A stretch of 64,000 bases of DNA from Gammaproteobacteria bacterium (GCA_965116495.1 OZ220696.1:288001-352000), one strand, 5' to 3'; positions 37,080-47,155 are shown, counted from the stretch's first letter. The notes: a model not told the origin generated them from the letters alone. A program made the numbers and translations.

Positions 37080-39170
37080 ATGCATTACAAAATAGGGGTT
37101 GATACGGGGGGGACCTTCACGGATGCGGTTATCCTGGATGAAGCAGGCAACATCACAACCGGCAAACACCTTACTACCTATCACGATTTTTCCGCAGGCG
37201 TCGGTAACTCATTGGCTGTTGCAGCGGAAAAATTATCGATCAGCCTGGAACAGTTACTGGGCAACTGCGTTGCGTTCGCCTACGGCACCACGATCGGCAC
37301 CAACGCCATTGCGACGCGCAGCGGGGCAAAAGTCGGCATGTTAACCACGAAAGGCGCCCGGGATACCATCCATATAGCACGGGGGTTATCACGCTGGACC
37401 GGTTTGTCGGAAGCCGAAACCAAACACATGGCGACAACCATCAAGCCGGCGCCGCTTGTTCCAAAAAAGTTGACCAGGGAGATTCGCGAACGGGTGGATT
37501 ATTCCGGTAGCGAAGTGGTGCCGCTGAATGAAAACGACGTGTGTACGGCCGTGGCGGAGCTTGTCGAGCAGGGCGCAGAGAGTATAGCCGTTTGCTTCCT
37601 GTGGTCGTTTACGAACAGCGGACACGAATTGAGGGCAAAGGAAATCGTACAGGAACTGTACCCGGACCTGTATAGCTGTACTTCCTGTGAAGTGGTGCCG
37701 CTGGAAGGTGAATACGAGCGTTTCATCACCACGGTGCTGGATGCTTACGTGGGGCCGGCTACCCTGAGTTATATGAAATCCGTATCCGGATTTCTCAGGG
37801 AAAAGGGGTTGAAACCGAGACTGCTGCTGATGAAAGCCGATGGCGGTATCGCGTATTCAGACTCCGTGCTGCCGGTTGCCACGGTCCACTCCGGGCCTGC
37901 AGGTGGAGTAAAAGCAACCCGTACATTCGGCCGGATCCTGGGATATGACAATATCATCTCGACTGACGTAGGCGGCACGACTTTTGACGTAAGTCTGGTT
38001 ACTAATGGAAAGGAAACCTTCAACCGGGAACCGCGTATCGAAAAATTCAGCACCCTGTATCCGACGCTGGACATCGTATCCATCGGCGCGGGCGGGGGCA
38101 CCATCGTCCACGCCGACCCGGAACTGAAGACGCTGCACGTGGGTCCGCAAAGCGCGGGCTCCAATCCGGGTCCGGCCTGTTACGGGTTTGGCGGGGAACA
38201 GCCTACAATGACCGATGCCGCGGTGACCCTGGGCTATATCAATCCGGAATACTTCAACGGCGGACGTATGGCGCTGCAACCTGAACGTTCCCGGGAGGCG
38301 TTCAACAGGGTGGCTGCTATCCTGGAAATGGATGTGGTGGAAGTGGCCCAGGGCGCTTACGAGATCATCAATTCGCACATGTCGGACCTGATCATGGGCA
38401 TGACGGTGCGCCGCGGTGTGGATATCAGCAACTATGTGATCTTCAGTTTCGGCGGTGCAGGTCCCGTGCACGTGGCCTACATGGGCGCGACGCTGGGCGC
38501 CCGTAAGGCAATCATTCCTGCCTCATCATCAGTCTACTCGGCCCTGGGGCTGGCTACATCCCCTATAGGACATACATATATCAAGTATGACTATCGCACT
38601 TTACCGATAACTGCGCAGGTATTGAACGACAATATCGGCGAGTTGCAGCAACGGGTGAAACGGGAACTGGCCGAAGGTGGCGTGCCCTCCGGCGGTATGG
38701 ATATCCAGGTGTCACTGGATATGAAATACCTGTTGCAGATCAATACGGTCAATATGACGATCCCGTTAAAGGATACCTATACGGAAGATGATGCGGCGCA
38801 ACTGGGTGACTTGTTCGATCAGGCATATACTGATCTTTACGGCGCAGCCGCTGCGTATCCCGAGGCCGGGCGCGTGGTTTCCTCCTATATGATAAAGGGG
38901 GAGGGCATAGTCCACGATTTTGCCCCGAGTCCGGCGCCCCTGGCAGGCAATGATGCGGGTGCGGGGAACAAGGGAAGCAGGCAGGCTTATTTCAAAGGCG
39001 ATGGTTTCCTGGAAACGCCCCTGTTTGATTTTACGAAACTGCTGCCCGGTAATGAAGTAAGTGGGCCGGCGATCATTGAGGCCGATGAGACCACGATCGT
39101 GGTGCCGCCGGGCTACTCCGCTGCACTGGACGGATTTAAAAATATCGAACTTGTAAGTACGGAAGGGTGA
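37080..39170 (+). CDS. Hydantoinase A/oxoprolinase ATP-binding subunit (acetone/acetophenone carboxylase-like), pair 1
   Basis: Motifs IGVDTGGTFTD, GTTIGTNA, SGPAGG, DVGGTTFDV, SIGAGGG, VGPQSAGSNPGPAC and FGGAGPVH; ATG 37080. Confidence 0.93.
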   Translation: MHYKIGVDTGGTFTDAVILDEAGNITTGKHLTTYHDFSAGVGNSLAVAAEKLSISLEQLLGNCVAFAYGTTIGTNAIATRSGAKVGMLTTKGARDTIHIARGLSRWTGLSEAETKHMATTIKPAPLVPKKLTREIRERVDYSGSEVVPLNENDVCTAVAELVEQGAESIAVCFLWSFTNSGHELRAKEIVQELYPDLYSCTSCEVVPLEGEYERFITTVLDAYVGPATLSYMKSVSGFLREKGLKPRLLLMKADGGIAYSDSVLPVATVHSGPAGGVKATRTFGRILGYDNIISTDVGGTTFDVSLVTNGKETFNREPRIEKFSTLYPTLDIVSIGAGGGTIVHADPELKTLHVGPQSAGSNPGPACYGFGGEQPTMTDAAVTLGYINPEYFNGGRMALQPERSREAFNRVAAILEMDVVEVAQGAYEIINSHMSDLIMGMTVRRGVDISNYVIFSFGGAGPVHVAYMGATLGARKAIIPASSSVYSALGLATSPIGHTYIKYDYRTLPITAQVLNDNIGELQQRVKRELAEGGVPSGGMDIQVSLDMKYLLQINTVNMTIPLKDTYTEDDAAQLGDLFDQAYTDLYGAAAAYPEAGRVVSSYMIKGEGIVHDFAPSPAPLAGNDAGAGNKGSRQAYFKGDGFLETPLFDFTKLLPGNEVSGPAIIEADETTIVVPPGYSAALDGFKNIELVSTEG

Positions 39171-39174
39171 CAAT

Positions 39175-41352
39175 ATGAGCACAAAGCTGGACCCGGTAAC
39201 TTTCGAAATACTCCGTCACCGCCTGGAAGAAATCGTCAATGAAGCCTACTACACCATGGCGCGCGTCTCCGGCAATGCAATCATAACGGAGGCCGGCGAC
39301 CATGAAGAGGCCATCCTGAATGCAAACGGAGATACCATCATGGTCGGTGGCGGCATTGTTGAATGGACCCAGTGTCTGGAGGAAGCGGGGCGCTATATCT
39401 CCAGGGAGTACCAGGACAACCCGGGTATCTTTGAGGGTGACCAGTTTGTATTGAACTGCACCGAAGTGGCGGCGGTACACCTGATGGATATCCAGGTGTT
39501 GAAGCCGGTATTCTGGGAAGGCGAACGGTTTGCCTGGTTAAACACGGCCGGGCACAACATGGACGTGGGCGGCATCAATATCGGAGGTGTCCAGATTGAT
39601 GCCCGTGAACGCGTGCAGGAAGGGTTGAGCATGTGGGGTCTCAAGGTCTGCGAACGGGGGGTTATCCGCAAGGATATTGAGACGACCATAAAGAACATGA
39701 CGCGCCAGCCGGAACTGCTGGTACTGGAATTGCGGGCGCGCATGGCCGCCAATAATGCCGCGGAGAAACGCCTGCTGGATACCGTCAGGGAGTTCGGCTT
39801 CGACAAGGTGATGGCGATCTTCGAGGAATTGCCCAGGTACTCGGAGCAACGTATTCGCCAGAGGCTGGCAAAGCTGCCGGATGGTGAGTTCTCGGCCGTT
39901 CACTATTTCGAATCGGTTATCGAGAGTGAAGGCGCCCTGGCAGTCAAATGTAACCTGGTGAAAAAAGGTGATACCCTGAAGATGGATTTCACCGGGTCGT
40001 CACCACAATCCAAAGGGGCCCAGAACGTGGCGTTACCCGGCGCCAAGAGCAATGCCGAATGCCCCTTCCTCATGATGCTGGCCCACGATATTCCGTGGAA
40101 TTACGGTTTGTGGGGGGTGATTGAGTGGGTGCTGCCCCATGGCAGTATCGTCAACCCCACTGATGACGCACCGGTTTCCATCAATACGCCTGCGGGCGCC
40201 GGCTATGTCACCATCGGTTGTGTGCTGGATTGCATCAGCCAGCTCTACCTGTGTTCGGATGAAATGGAAGAGGCAATGGCCTGCGGCAGTAATGCCTTTA
40301 ATAACCCGATGCTCTACGGCAATGACAAGGAAGGCAATTATTTCATCACGATGATGATGGAAAACCTCATCTGCGGCGGCGGCGGCATGTACCATCGCGA
40401 CGGTGATGACGCCTGTTCCAACATGTGGACGACCAAGCCGCAGGTCACCAACCTGGAACGCGCCGAGCAGCTGTTTCCCTGGTTGTACCTGTGGCGCAGG
40501 GAGGCAATGGATACCGGCGGACCCGGAAAGAACCGGGGCGGTACAGCCTGTATGAACGCTTTCATTCCATGGAAAGTTGATGAGATGGAAGTCCATGACA
40601 ACGGTATGGGCGATACTGTGCGACTCGCCAACGGCCTGGCCGGGGGGTATCCCGCGCCCAACGTGAAACAATATCTCATCAGAAAATCCAACATACAGTC
40701 CCTGTTTGACCGGGGCGAGATGCCCTCTGCCGTGGATGAAGTTGAGGGAACGGTTGAGGAATACGGTGTCAACACAACGCTTCCTTTCTACAAGGACGAT
40801 GTCTACGCGGTTTACTTCGGGGGTGGTGGAGGCTTTGGCGACCCGCTGGAACGCAATCCCGAAAATCTCGTTAAAGACGTGATAAACGAACATGTATCGG
40901 TAGATGAAGCCAGGAAGTTATACGGGGTTATCATTGATAAGGAGATGCTGCAGGTGGACCGGGCGGCTACTGACAGTGAACGGGAAACCATGCGCAAAAA
41001 GCGCCTGGGTCTGGCGCAGGCGCCGAAACTGACCAACGGTAAAGCTGTAGATAGCGGCACTGAACTGATGAACTGGGCGGGGGTGATTTCCCTGAACGTG
41101 GACGCTACGGGTGACCGTTACTGGCAATGCAGGAAATGCGATCATATTCTGGGTGACGCCGGCGCCGACTGGAAGGACTACGCGGCGACCTATCACGCCC
41201 CGATGGAGCACGGCCAACCCGAGGCGTTTGCAACGGTTACCGAAGACTATCACCTGCGCGAATGTTACTGCCCGAATTGCGGCGGATTATTCGAGGTGTT
41301 GAACCTCGGTGTAAATGATGAGGACGTAGTGACATTCAAGTACCTCGACTGA
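39175..41352 (+). CDS. Hydantoinase B/oxoprolinase subunit fused to an acetone-carboxylase gamma-like Zn-ribbon domain, pair 1
   Basis: DPVTFEILRHRL; metal ligands HLMD and GHNMDVGG; DTGGPGKNRGG and GGGGGFGDPLER; C-terminal WQCRKCDH...LRECYCPNCG. Confidence 0.9.
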   Translation: MSTKLDPVTFEILRHRLEEIVNEAYYTMARVSGNAIITEAGDHEEAILNANGDTIMVGGGIVEWTQCLEEAGRYISREYQDNPGIFEGDQFVLNCTEVAAVHLMDIQVLKPVFWEGERFAWLNTAGHNMDVGGINIGGVQIDARERVQEGLSMWGLKVCERGVIRKDIETTIKNMTRQPELLVLELRARMAANNAAEKRLLDTVREFGFDKVMAIFEELPRYSEQRIRQRLAKLPDGEFSAVHYFESVIESEGALAVKCNLVKKGDTLKMDFTGSSPQSKGAQNVALPGAKSNAECPFLMMLAHDIPWNYGLWGVIEWVLPHGSIVNPTDDAPVSINTPAGAGYVTIGCVLDCISQLYLCSDEMEEAMACGSNAFNNPMLYGNDKEGNYFITMMMENLICGGGGMYHRDGDDACSNMWTTKPQVTNLERAEQLFPWLYLWRREAMDTGGPGKNRGGTACMNAFIPWKVDEMEVHDNGMGDTVRLANGLAGGYPAPNVKQYLIRKSNIQSLFDRGEMPSAVDEVEGTVEEYGVNTTLPFYKDDVYAVYFGGGGGFGDPLERNPENLVKDVINEHVSVDEARKLYGVIIDKEMLQVDRAATDSERETMRKKRLGLAQAPKLTNGKAVDSGTELMNWAGVISLNVDATGDRYWQCRKCDHILGDAGADWKDYAATYHAPMEHGQPEAFATVTEDYHLRECYCPNCGGLFEVLNLGVNDEDVVTFKYLD

Positions 41353-41414
41353 CCAGGGTCAATGCCGTGCTTTGCCTGCCGCGCACCCCATCCGTCATTC
41401 TAGCTCTTCCTCTC

Positions 41415-41441
41415 GTCATTCCTGCGCAAGCAGGAATCCAG
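41415..41441 (+). repeat. REP-like palindrome (same family as 8345-8431)
   Basis: GTCATTCCTGCGCAAGCAGGAATCCAG, preceded by a partial CGTCATTC copy near 41393. Confidence 0.75.
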
Positions 41442-41467
41442 TGCCCAGACAGGCGCACCCCCCCGCA

Positions 41468-42946
41468 ATGACATACAAACGCGAGCCGACCCTGACTCCG
41501 GAAGCAATCGCCATCGGTCAACGAATCAAGGGGTTGCGGGACTTCCTCGAGTTACTGGACGAACACGGCCAACTGGCGCGTTGGGAAGAGGAAGTCCTGC
41601 CTGAACCGGACATCCGCAATATCTCCGTGGCCGCGGGCCGCGACGCCATGTACGGGCCGGCGGTGCTGCTCACCAACATCAAGGGCTACCCCGGCAAACA
41701 GGTCGTGGTGGGGGTACACGGCAGTTTCACCAACCTGGCCCTGCTGATGGGTCGTGCCAAGGGTACCTCGGTGAAGGAACTGTTCTACGAAATGGTGAAC
41801 CGCTGGGGCAGTGATGAACCGTTAATCGAGCGGGTACCCCCGACACAGGCGCCGGTGCACACCAACCGGGTTGAGGGGAATATCAATTTGTACGAACTGC
41901 TACCCCTGTACCGTATCAACGAGTATGACGGGGGTTTCTATATCGACAAGGCCAACGTGGTGAGCCGGGACCCGTCGGACCCGGACGACTTCGGTAAACA
42001 GAACGTGGGGATCTACCGCATCCAGGTGCATGGACCGGACCTGTTCAGCCTGGATGCCGTGCCGTCTCACGACATGGGGCAACACATTCGTATTGCCGAG
42101 CGGGAGGGTGCCGACCTGAACATCGCGGCTATGATCGGCAACCATCCTGCCCTGGCGATGTTTGCGGGGACGCCGGTGAACTACGATGAATCGGAGTATG
42201 CGTATGCCTCGCAGATGATGGGTGCGCCGCTGCGGTTGACTACATCCGGCAACGGCCTTGATATCCTGGCCGGCTCGGAGATGGTCATCGAGGCGACGAT
42301 GGTCAACAAGGAGCGTATTCTTGAGGGGCCGTTTGGTGAGTTCCCCGGCACTTACAGCGGTGTGCGCCGTTTGAACGTGTTCCGGGTGACGGCCGTTTCT
42401 TTCCGGGATAATCCCATCTACGAGAGTTTGTACATCGGCAGCAAGAGCTGGACGGAGCACGACACGCTGCTGGGCGTCAACGTATGTGCGACGGTATATA
42501 ACCAGTTGAAACAGAATTTCCCTGAAATCGTCGCCGTTAATGCCTTGTACCAGGACGGGACGACTGCTGTCATCGCGGTGAAGAACCGCTTTGCCGGCTT
42601 TGCCAAATCCGTGGCCCTGCGGGCACTGGGTTCACCTCACGGGCTGATGTTCCTGAAGAACCTCATCATGGTGGATGCCGACATCGACCCGTTTGACCTG
42701 AACCAGGTCATGTGGTCGCTGTCGAACCGCACCCGGGCCGATGACGTTATCGTGTTGCCGAACATGCCGCTCAGCGATGCGGACCCGTCGGCGGAGGTCG
42801 GCGGCAAAGGCCACCGGCTGATTATCGACGCCACCTCCTACATGCCGCCCGATACAATCTCCGTGAACAACAACCTGGTGGAATCACCGGCCGGCCCGGT
42901 TATCGATGAACTGGAAAGGATGATTAATGAGTTGCGAAAAAAGTAA
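41468..42946 (+). CDS. UbiD-family phenolic acid decarboxylase subunit C (VdcC-like), copy 2
   Basis: Motifs GVHGSF, QNVGIYRIQV, EGPFGEFPG, WTEHDTL and DPFDLNQVMW; long stretches identical to copy 1. Start placed at ATG 41468, after the REP. Confidence 0.92.
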   Translation: MTYKREPTLTPEAIAIGQRIKGLRDFLELLDEHGQLARWEEEVLPEPDIRNISVAAGRDAMYGPAVLLTNIKGYPGKQVVVGVHGSFTNLALLMGRAKGTSVKELFYEMVNRWGSDEPLIERVPPTQAPVHTNRVEGNINLYELLPLYRINEYDGGFYIDKANVVSRDPSDPDDFGKQNVGIYRIQVHGPDLFSLDAVPSHDMGQHIRIAEREGADLNIAAMIGNHPALAMFAGTPVNYDESEYAYASQMMGAPLRLTTSGNGLDILAGSEMVIEATMVNKERILEGPFGEFPGTYSGVRRLNVFRVTAVSFRDNPIYESLYIGSKSWTEHDTLLGVNVCATVYNQLKQNFPEIVAVNALYQDGTTAVIAVKNRFAGFAKSVALRALGSPHGLMFLKNLIMVDADIDPFDLNQVMWSLSNRTRADDVIVLPNMPLSDADPSAEVGGKGHRLIIDATSYMPPDTISVNNNLVESPAGPVIDELERMINELRKK

Positions 42947-42982
42947 CGCTACAATGAATTCTACGGCGGTTATCCGGTCGAT

Positions 42983-43927
42983 TTATAAAAACACGACTTC
43001 GGGAAGAGAAGCAGATACGATGTAATTTGGCTTGTCGACGATCTCGTTAATTTTCAGATCCACGCAGACGGAGCAGAGCACATAGGCTTGCTCCCTGGTC
43101 AGACCCCGTTCCCGCTCCAGGTGATCTATCATATAGCGCACCGCCTGCTGGGCGTTTTCATACAGGTTCGGACCGTTGGCGGTAGTGACAAAGAAAGATC
43201 CGGTATTGGTATTGGTACAAAGGGGGCCGTCAGTCCTGAAATGAGGTTCCGGGATCCTGTTGCCTGGTTCGAGGTCAATCCTGAGCGTTACCTTTGCCGA
43301 CATTTCAATAGCCGTGATGCAGACTTCCCCATCGCCCTGTGCCGCATGGGCGTCGCCCACACTGAACAGCGCTCCCTCGACGGAAACGGGCAAATACAAC
43401 GTGGCGCCCTTGCACAGGTGGCGGATATCCATATTGCCGCCGTTATCGCGGGGCGGGATGGTGCTGTGTTCACCCGGTTCCGGCAGCGCCGTACCCATGA
43501 TGCCGGGGAAGGGGGCAACGGGGATGGCGATATCGTCACGGTGTTTCATGCGGGCCAGGTTGCCGTCGGTTAAATCCCAGATCTGCAGGAACTCATCGGG
43601 AAATTCCTCTACCGGCAACAGGCCGCGAGCAGGCCGGATGGCGGTCCAGCCAAAACCCAGCCTGGGAACGACTTCCAGGACGTGTACGACAAGTGTGTCG
43701 CCGGGTTCGGCGCCGTTAACAAAAACGGGACCGGTCAGGGGGTGGCCGGTCAGCGGGCCTTTTGCCTTGACATCTGCGCCGGTTGAATCGGCGGAATAGT
43801 AATAGTCCGCGGCATCGCGGGTGGTAAAGATGACCGTGTCACCGGGTTCGATGGTCAGGCGGGGCGTGTGGGAGTTGTCCCAGGCATAATTCACCACGTT
43901 ATCGTCGAGTTCGTGGGTGGCAGTCAT
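42983..43927 (-). CDS. Acetamidase/formamidase family protein
   Basis: Motifs HPLTGPVFVNGAEPGD, PPRDNGGNMD, GDAHAAQGDGEVCITAIE and AYVLCSV. Confidence 0.92.
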   Translation of the reverse strand: MTATHELDDNVVNYAWDNSHTPRLTIEPGDTVIFTTRDAADYYYSADSTGADVKAKGPLTGHPLTGPVFVNGAEPGDTLVVHVLEVVPRLGFGWTAIRPARGLLPVEEFPDEFLQIWDLTDGNLARMKHRDDIAIPVAPFPGIMGTALPEPGEHSTIPPRDNGGNMDIRHLCKGATLYLPVSVEGALFSVGDAHAAQGDGEVCITAIEMSAKVTLRIDLEPGNRIPEPHFRTDGPLCTNTNTGSFFVTTANGPNLYENAQQAVRYMIDHLERERGLTREQAYVLCSVCVDLKINEIVDKPNYIVSASLPEVVFL

Positions 43928-43936
43928 GGGAGGCCG

Positions 43937-44782
43937 TTATTTCAGTTGGGGCCAGATGACCCATCCGGAAGCGGAACGCCAGGCGTAACTGTCGCAATAA
44001 CCCAGTACGTCGGCGGGTCCCCTGGTTGAGGCGAGCACCACGAACCAGGCGATAAGCTCTGCCGTGCCGCCCGAACCGGCTTCTTCCATGCGCTCCAGCG
44101 TGCATTTCTCCATTAACTTGCGGTGGTCGCCCTCGGCGAGACAATCCAGGAACATGCGGTCGAATTCTTCATCGATATAGAAATAGCGAGGCCCGCCCGG
44201 CTCATGGGACAGGCCGCCGGAACCGATCAATGCGATGCGTTCATCCCCCGGATAACTGTTGAGCACGTCGCGGATGATGTGTCCCACCTGGTAGGCCCGC
44301 TCCGGCGTCGGGATAGGGGGCACGGTACAGTTCATGGTAATGGGGATGATCGGAATACTCATATCAGGGTTGAGATACTTGGTCGGCGTGGATATCCCGT
44401 CGTCAAACTGCATGTCTTCCTGGATGTAGGCCAGTTGTAAACCGTGCCTGGCCGCTTCGTTCACGATGTAACGGGCCAGTTTTGAGTTACCCGGCACATG
44501 GTATTTTTCATCCTGCGCCAACCAGGGTTGGTACCAGTCGGCCGGGCCGCTGTGGTGCCCGGCGATACCGACCGTGTATTCGGGGGTGTTGCTCAGCGGC
44601 CAGTTGAGCAGGTGATCGTTGGCGAAAATGATCAATACATCGGGTTTAGCCGCGTTGAGGTGCTCGCGCATTTTTTTGAATGAATCCAGCGCGGTCTGTT
44701 GCTGATGTTCCGGTGCATCGTCAAACCAGCCCAGCAGACCCGGTGTGTGGGTCGAGGCTACTGCGGCAACGATCTCAGCCAT
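43937..44782 (-). CDS. Class III extradiol ring-cleavage dioxygenase, catalytic subunit (LigB-like)
   Basis: Motifs STHTP, PDVLIIFANDH, IGSGGLSHEPGG, IDEEFD and GTAELIAW. Confidence 0.9.
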   Translation of the reverse strand: MAEIVAAVASTHTPGLLGWFDDAPEHQQQTALDSFKKMREHLNAAKPDVLIIFANDHLLNWPLSNTPEYTVGIAGHHSGPADWYQPWLAQDEKYHVPGNSKLARYIVNEAARHGLQLAYIQEDMQFDDGISTPTKYLNPDMSIPIIPITMNCTVPPIPTPERAYQVGHIIRDVLNSYPGDERIALIGSGGLSHEPGGPRYFYIDEEFDRMFLDCLAEGDHRKLMEKCTLERMEEAGSGGTAELIAWFVVLASTRGPADVLGYCDSYAWRSASGWVIWPQLK

Positions 44783-45131
44783 CGCCCTTGTCCTGCATCA
44801 TGTCCCACTTGGAATCACCAAGGGACTCTTTTGATTCCTTCGGGAAGGCCTTCTGGTAGATGGCGACGGCCGGGTGGGCATTGGTCATGTTGCCGACCCC
44901 GTAGGTGAGGCGCATGATGTGCGGAACCAGGTACTGGTGTACGCCCAGGTCCATTAACCGTTTCGGATCGGTATCCCGCAGCGCCTCGTATTCTTCCCGG
45001 CTGCAACCGAATTCCCTGGTCAGACTCTCCAGGTCTTCCAGCCAGCGTTTTTGCAGGGCCGGGTCCTTGCGCACGTAATAGATCATATCGTTAGTGGGCA
45101 GGGTTTTGTCGACTCGAAGAACGTTGCTCAT
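44775..45131 (-). CDS. Extradiol dioxygenase small subunit (LigA-like)
   Basis: DPALQKRW.ED...FGCSREEYEAL...L.DLGVH.YL pattern; overlaps the LigB-like start; ATG 45131. Confidence 0.75.
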   Translation of the reverse strand: MSNVLRVDKTLPTNDMIYYVRKDPALQKRWLEDLESLTREFGCSREEYEALRDTDPKRLMDLGVHQYLVPHIMRLTYGVGNMTNAHPAVAIYQKAFPKESKESLGDSKWDMMQDKGDG

Positions 45132-45303
45132 TTTCGGGCCTGCTTTCTTTTGATCTGATGTAAATCGAATACCTGGGCATGGGTGATTTCGCTCGTGTGT
45201 GCTGCGTCTGTGCCTGCCATGCCTTGTGCCTCTGTTCTTTTGCTGATCCGTATATACTAATGTGTACGCGCCGGTAATCATAGTGCGGCGCCGGGTTTTC
45301 CCT

Positions 45304-47028
45304 TCAGTATGTATAAGTGGTATAGGGAGCGCCGTAATCCGGCAGTATCACACCGTTTTCTCGCGCATAGATTTCCCACTCCTGCACCAGTTCTTCCAGT
45401 TTGTCCGGTTGATCGTCTGAGAGATCATTCAGTTCCCCGGGATCTTCCTTAATATTGTAAAGACGCCATTTATCAACCGGAATGTCCGTTTCCCTGGGTT
45501 CCCAGGGTATTCCTACCGGTTCCCATACGATTTTCCAGTCGCCTTTTCGGATGGCCCGGCGGCCGAACAGTTCCCAGCCCATCACGTAGTCCTGGTTGTG
45601 GGTGGTTATCCGTTCTCCCTTTAGCATTGAAAGCATGGAAGCGCCCTGCAACGGCAAAACTTCGCGTCCGTTGAAGGTGGGGCCCGGATGATCAACGCCG
45701 GCCAATTCCAGGATCGTAGGCAGCACATCCTTTACGGTCACGAATTCACCGATCGTCGCGCCTTTCTGAAGCTGTTGCGGAAAATGGACGATTGCCGGTA
45801 CACGGATCCCGCCTTCCGTGGTGAATTGTTTATACATCCGGTAACCTCCGCTACTGGCCCAGGTCCAGTTCGGGCCGTACCAGGTATAGGAATCACCGTT
45901 CCCCAGGTTTTCCAGACTGTTGTCGCAGCATTGCTCAGCCCACTGCTCCAGCGCCTCCCAGCCGATATCCAGGTGCGCTCCCTCGGCGCCGTTGTCGGAC
46001 ATGAAGAAAATCAACGTGTTTTCAAATTGCCCCGAAGACTTCAGATAATCGATTACCTCACCGGTATACCTGTCCATGTCGTCAACCATCGCGGCAAAAA
46101 TTTCCATCTTTCTCGCTTCAAGCTGTTTCTCCTCATCCGGCAAATCCTGCCAGGTCGGTTCTGTCTCTAACCTGTCGAACGGTACCGCATCCTGTTCAAT
46201 CAACCCCAGTTTCTTCAAGTTTTCAAAGCGCCTGCCTTGCAGTACGTCCCATCCCGCATCGTACCGGCCGGCATAGTTCTCGACAGATTCCCTCGGCGCC
46301 TGCAACGGCCAGTGAGGGGCGGTAAACGCAAGATAGGCAAAAAAAGGCCGTCCATCCTCATCATTACTTTTAAGGTATTCGATCAGCTTGCGGGCATAGA
46401 AGCGGCTCGAATAGAAGTCGTCGGGAATCCCGGCAGGGTTACCGTCTTCCCTGTAGATTGACGGGTTGAGGCCAATCAACGGCAGGCCTCCGAGATGCGC
46501 CGCGCCGCCCTGTGCCAGGTCAAACGAGCGCTCAAACCCCCGGGCATGCGGGCTCGTATCCCCTGTCAATCCCAGGTGCCATTTGCCCGTCATATAGGTG
46601 TGGTATCCGGCATCGCGCATGATTTCCGCCACCGAAGCCACGCGAAAATTGAGGTACCCTTCATAACCGGGATGACCAACCTGGTTTGCTCTCAGTTCTT
46701 CATACATATGACCCAGGCCTGCCAGGTGATTGTCAGTGCCGGAGAGCAGCATGGAACGCGTGGGCGAACAGGTGGGCGCGGAATAAAACTGCGTGAGCAG
46801 GATCCCGTCACGGCCGAGGGCGTCCAGGTTCGGTGTGTTAATTTCACCTCCGAATACCCCGAGATCGGAATATCCCAGGTCGTCCGCAACGATTAGCAGC
46901 ACGTTGGGTCGATCAGTCTGATGCGACATCTGGCTGCGTTTCGACCCTTGAGCACTGCCGGTATCCGAGTTGCAGGAACACAGGTTTGGAAGAGCAAGGA
47001 TGATGGTCAATATGAGGGAATGTCGCAT
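45304..47028 (-). CDS. Arylsulfatase (formylglycine type, AtsA-like), exported
   Basis: Motifs PNVLLIVADDLG, CSPTR, GKWHLG, FTAPHWPLQAP, SDNG and EGGIRVP; N-terminal signal peptide with Cys. Confidence 0.95.
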   Translation of the reverse strand: MRHSLILTIILALPNLCSCNSDTGSAQGSKRSQMSHQTDRPNVLLIVADDLGYSDLGVFGGEINTPNLDALGRDGILLTQFYSAPTCSPTRSMLLSGTDNHLAGLGHMYEELRANQVGHPGYEGYLNFRVASVAEIMRDAGYHTYMTGKWHLGLTGDTSPHARGFERSFDLAQGGAAHLGGLPLIGLNPSIYREDGNPAGIPDDFYSSRFYARKLIEYLKSNDEDGRPFFAYLAFTAPHWPLQAPRESVENYAGRYDAGWDVLQGRRFENLKKLGLIEQDAVPFDRLETEPTWQDLPDEEKQLEARKMEIFAAMVDDMDRYTGEVIDYLKSSGQFENTLIFFMSDNGAEGAHLDIGWEALEQWAEQCCDNSLENLGNGDSYTWYGPNWTWASSGGYRMYKQFTTEGGIRVPAIVHFPQQLQKGATIGEFVTVKDVLPTILELAGVDHPGPTFNGREVLPLQGASMLSMLKGERITTHNQDYVMGWELFGRRAIRKGDWKIVWEPVGIPWEPRETDIPVDKWRLYNIKEDPGELNDLSDDQPDKLEELVQEWEIYARENGVILPDYGAPYTTYTY

Positions 47029-47155
47029 GGCTGGATGAGCGATTCAGTTTAAAATTGTTATTGTGCGCAATATTATTTATAATCACAACTCATCATCGCT
47101 ATGCTCGATTGCTTCTTGATCCTGTAACAGTCAATAAAAAAGTGGGACAAATATC

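Noticed and set aside
41372-41467. Ser-rich N-terminal extension of decarboxylase C2
   Set aside because: Encoded largely by the REP element; absent from paralogue C1.
45132-45281. Basic N-terminal extension of the LigA-like ORF
   Set aside because: Low-complexity intergenic sequence; the LigA-like pattern starts after ATG 45131.
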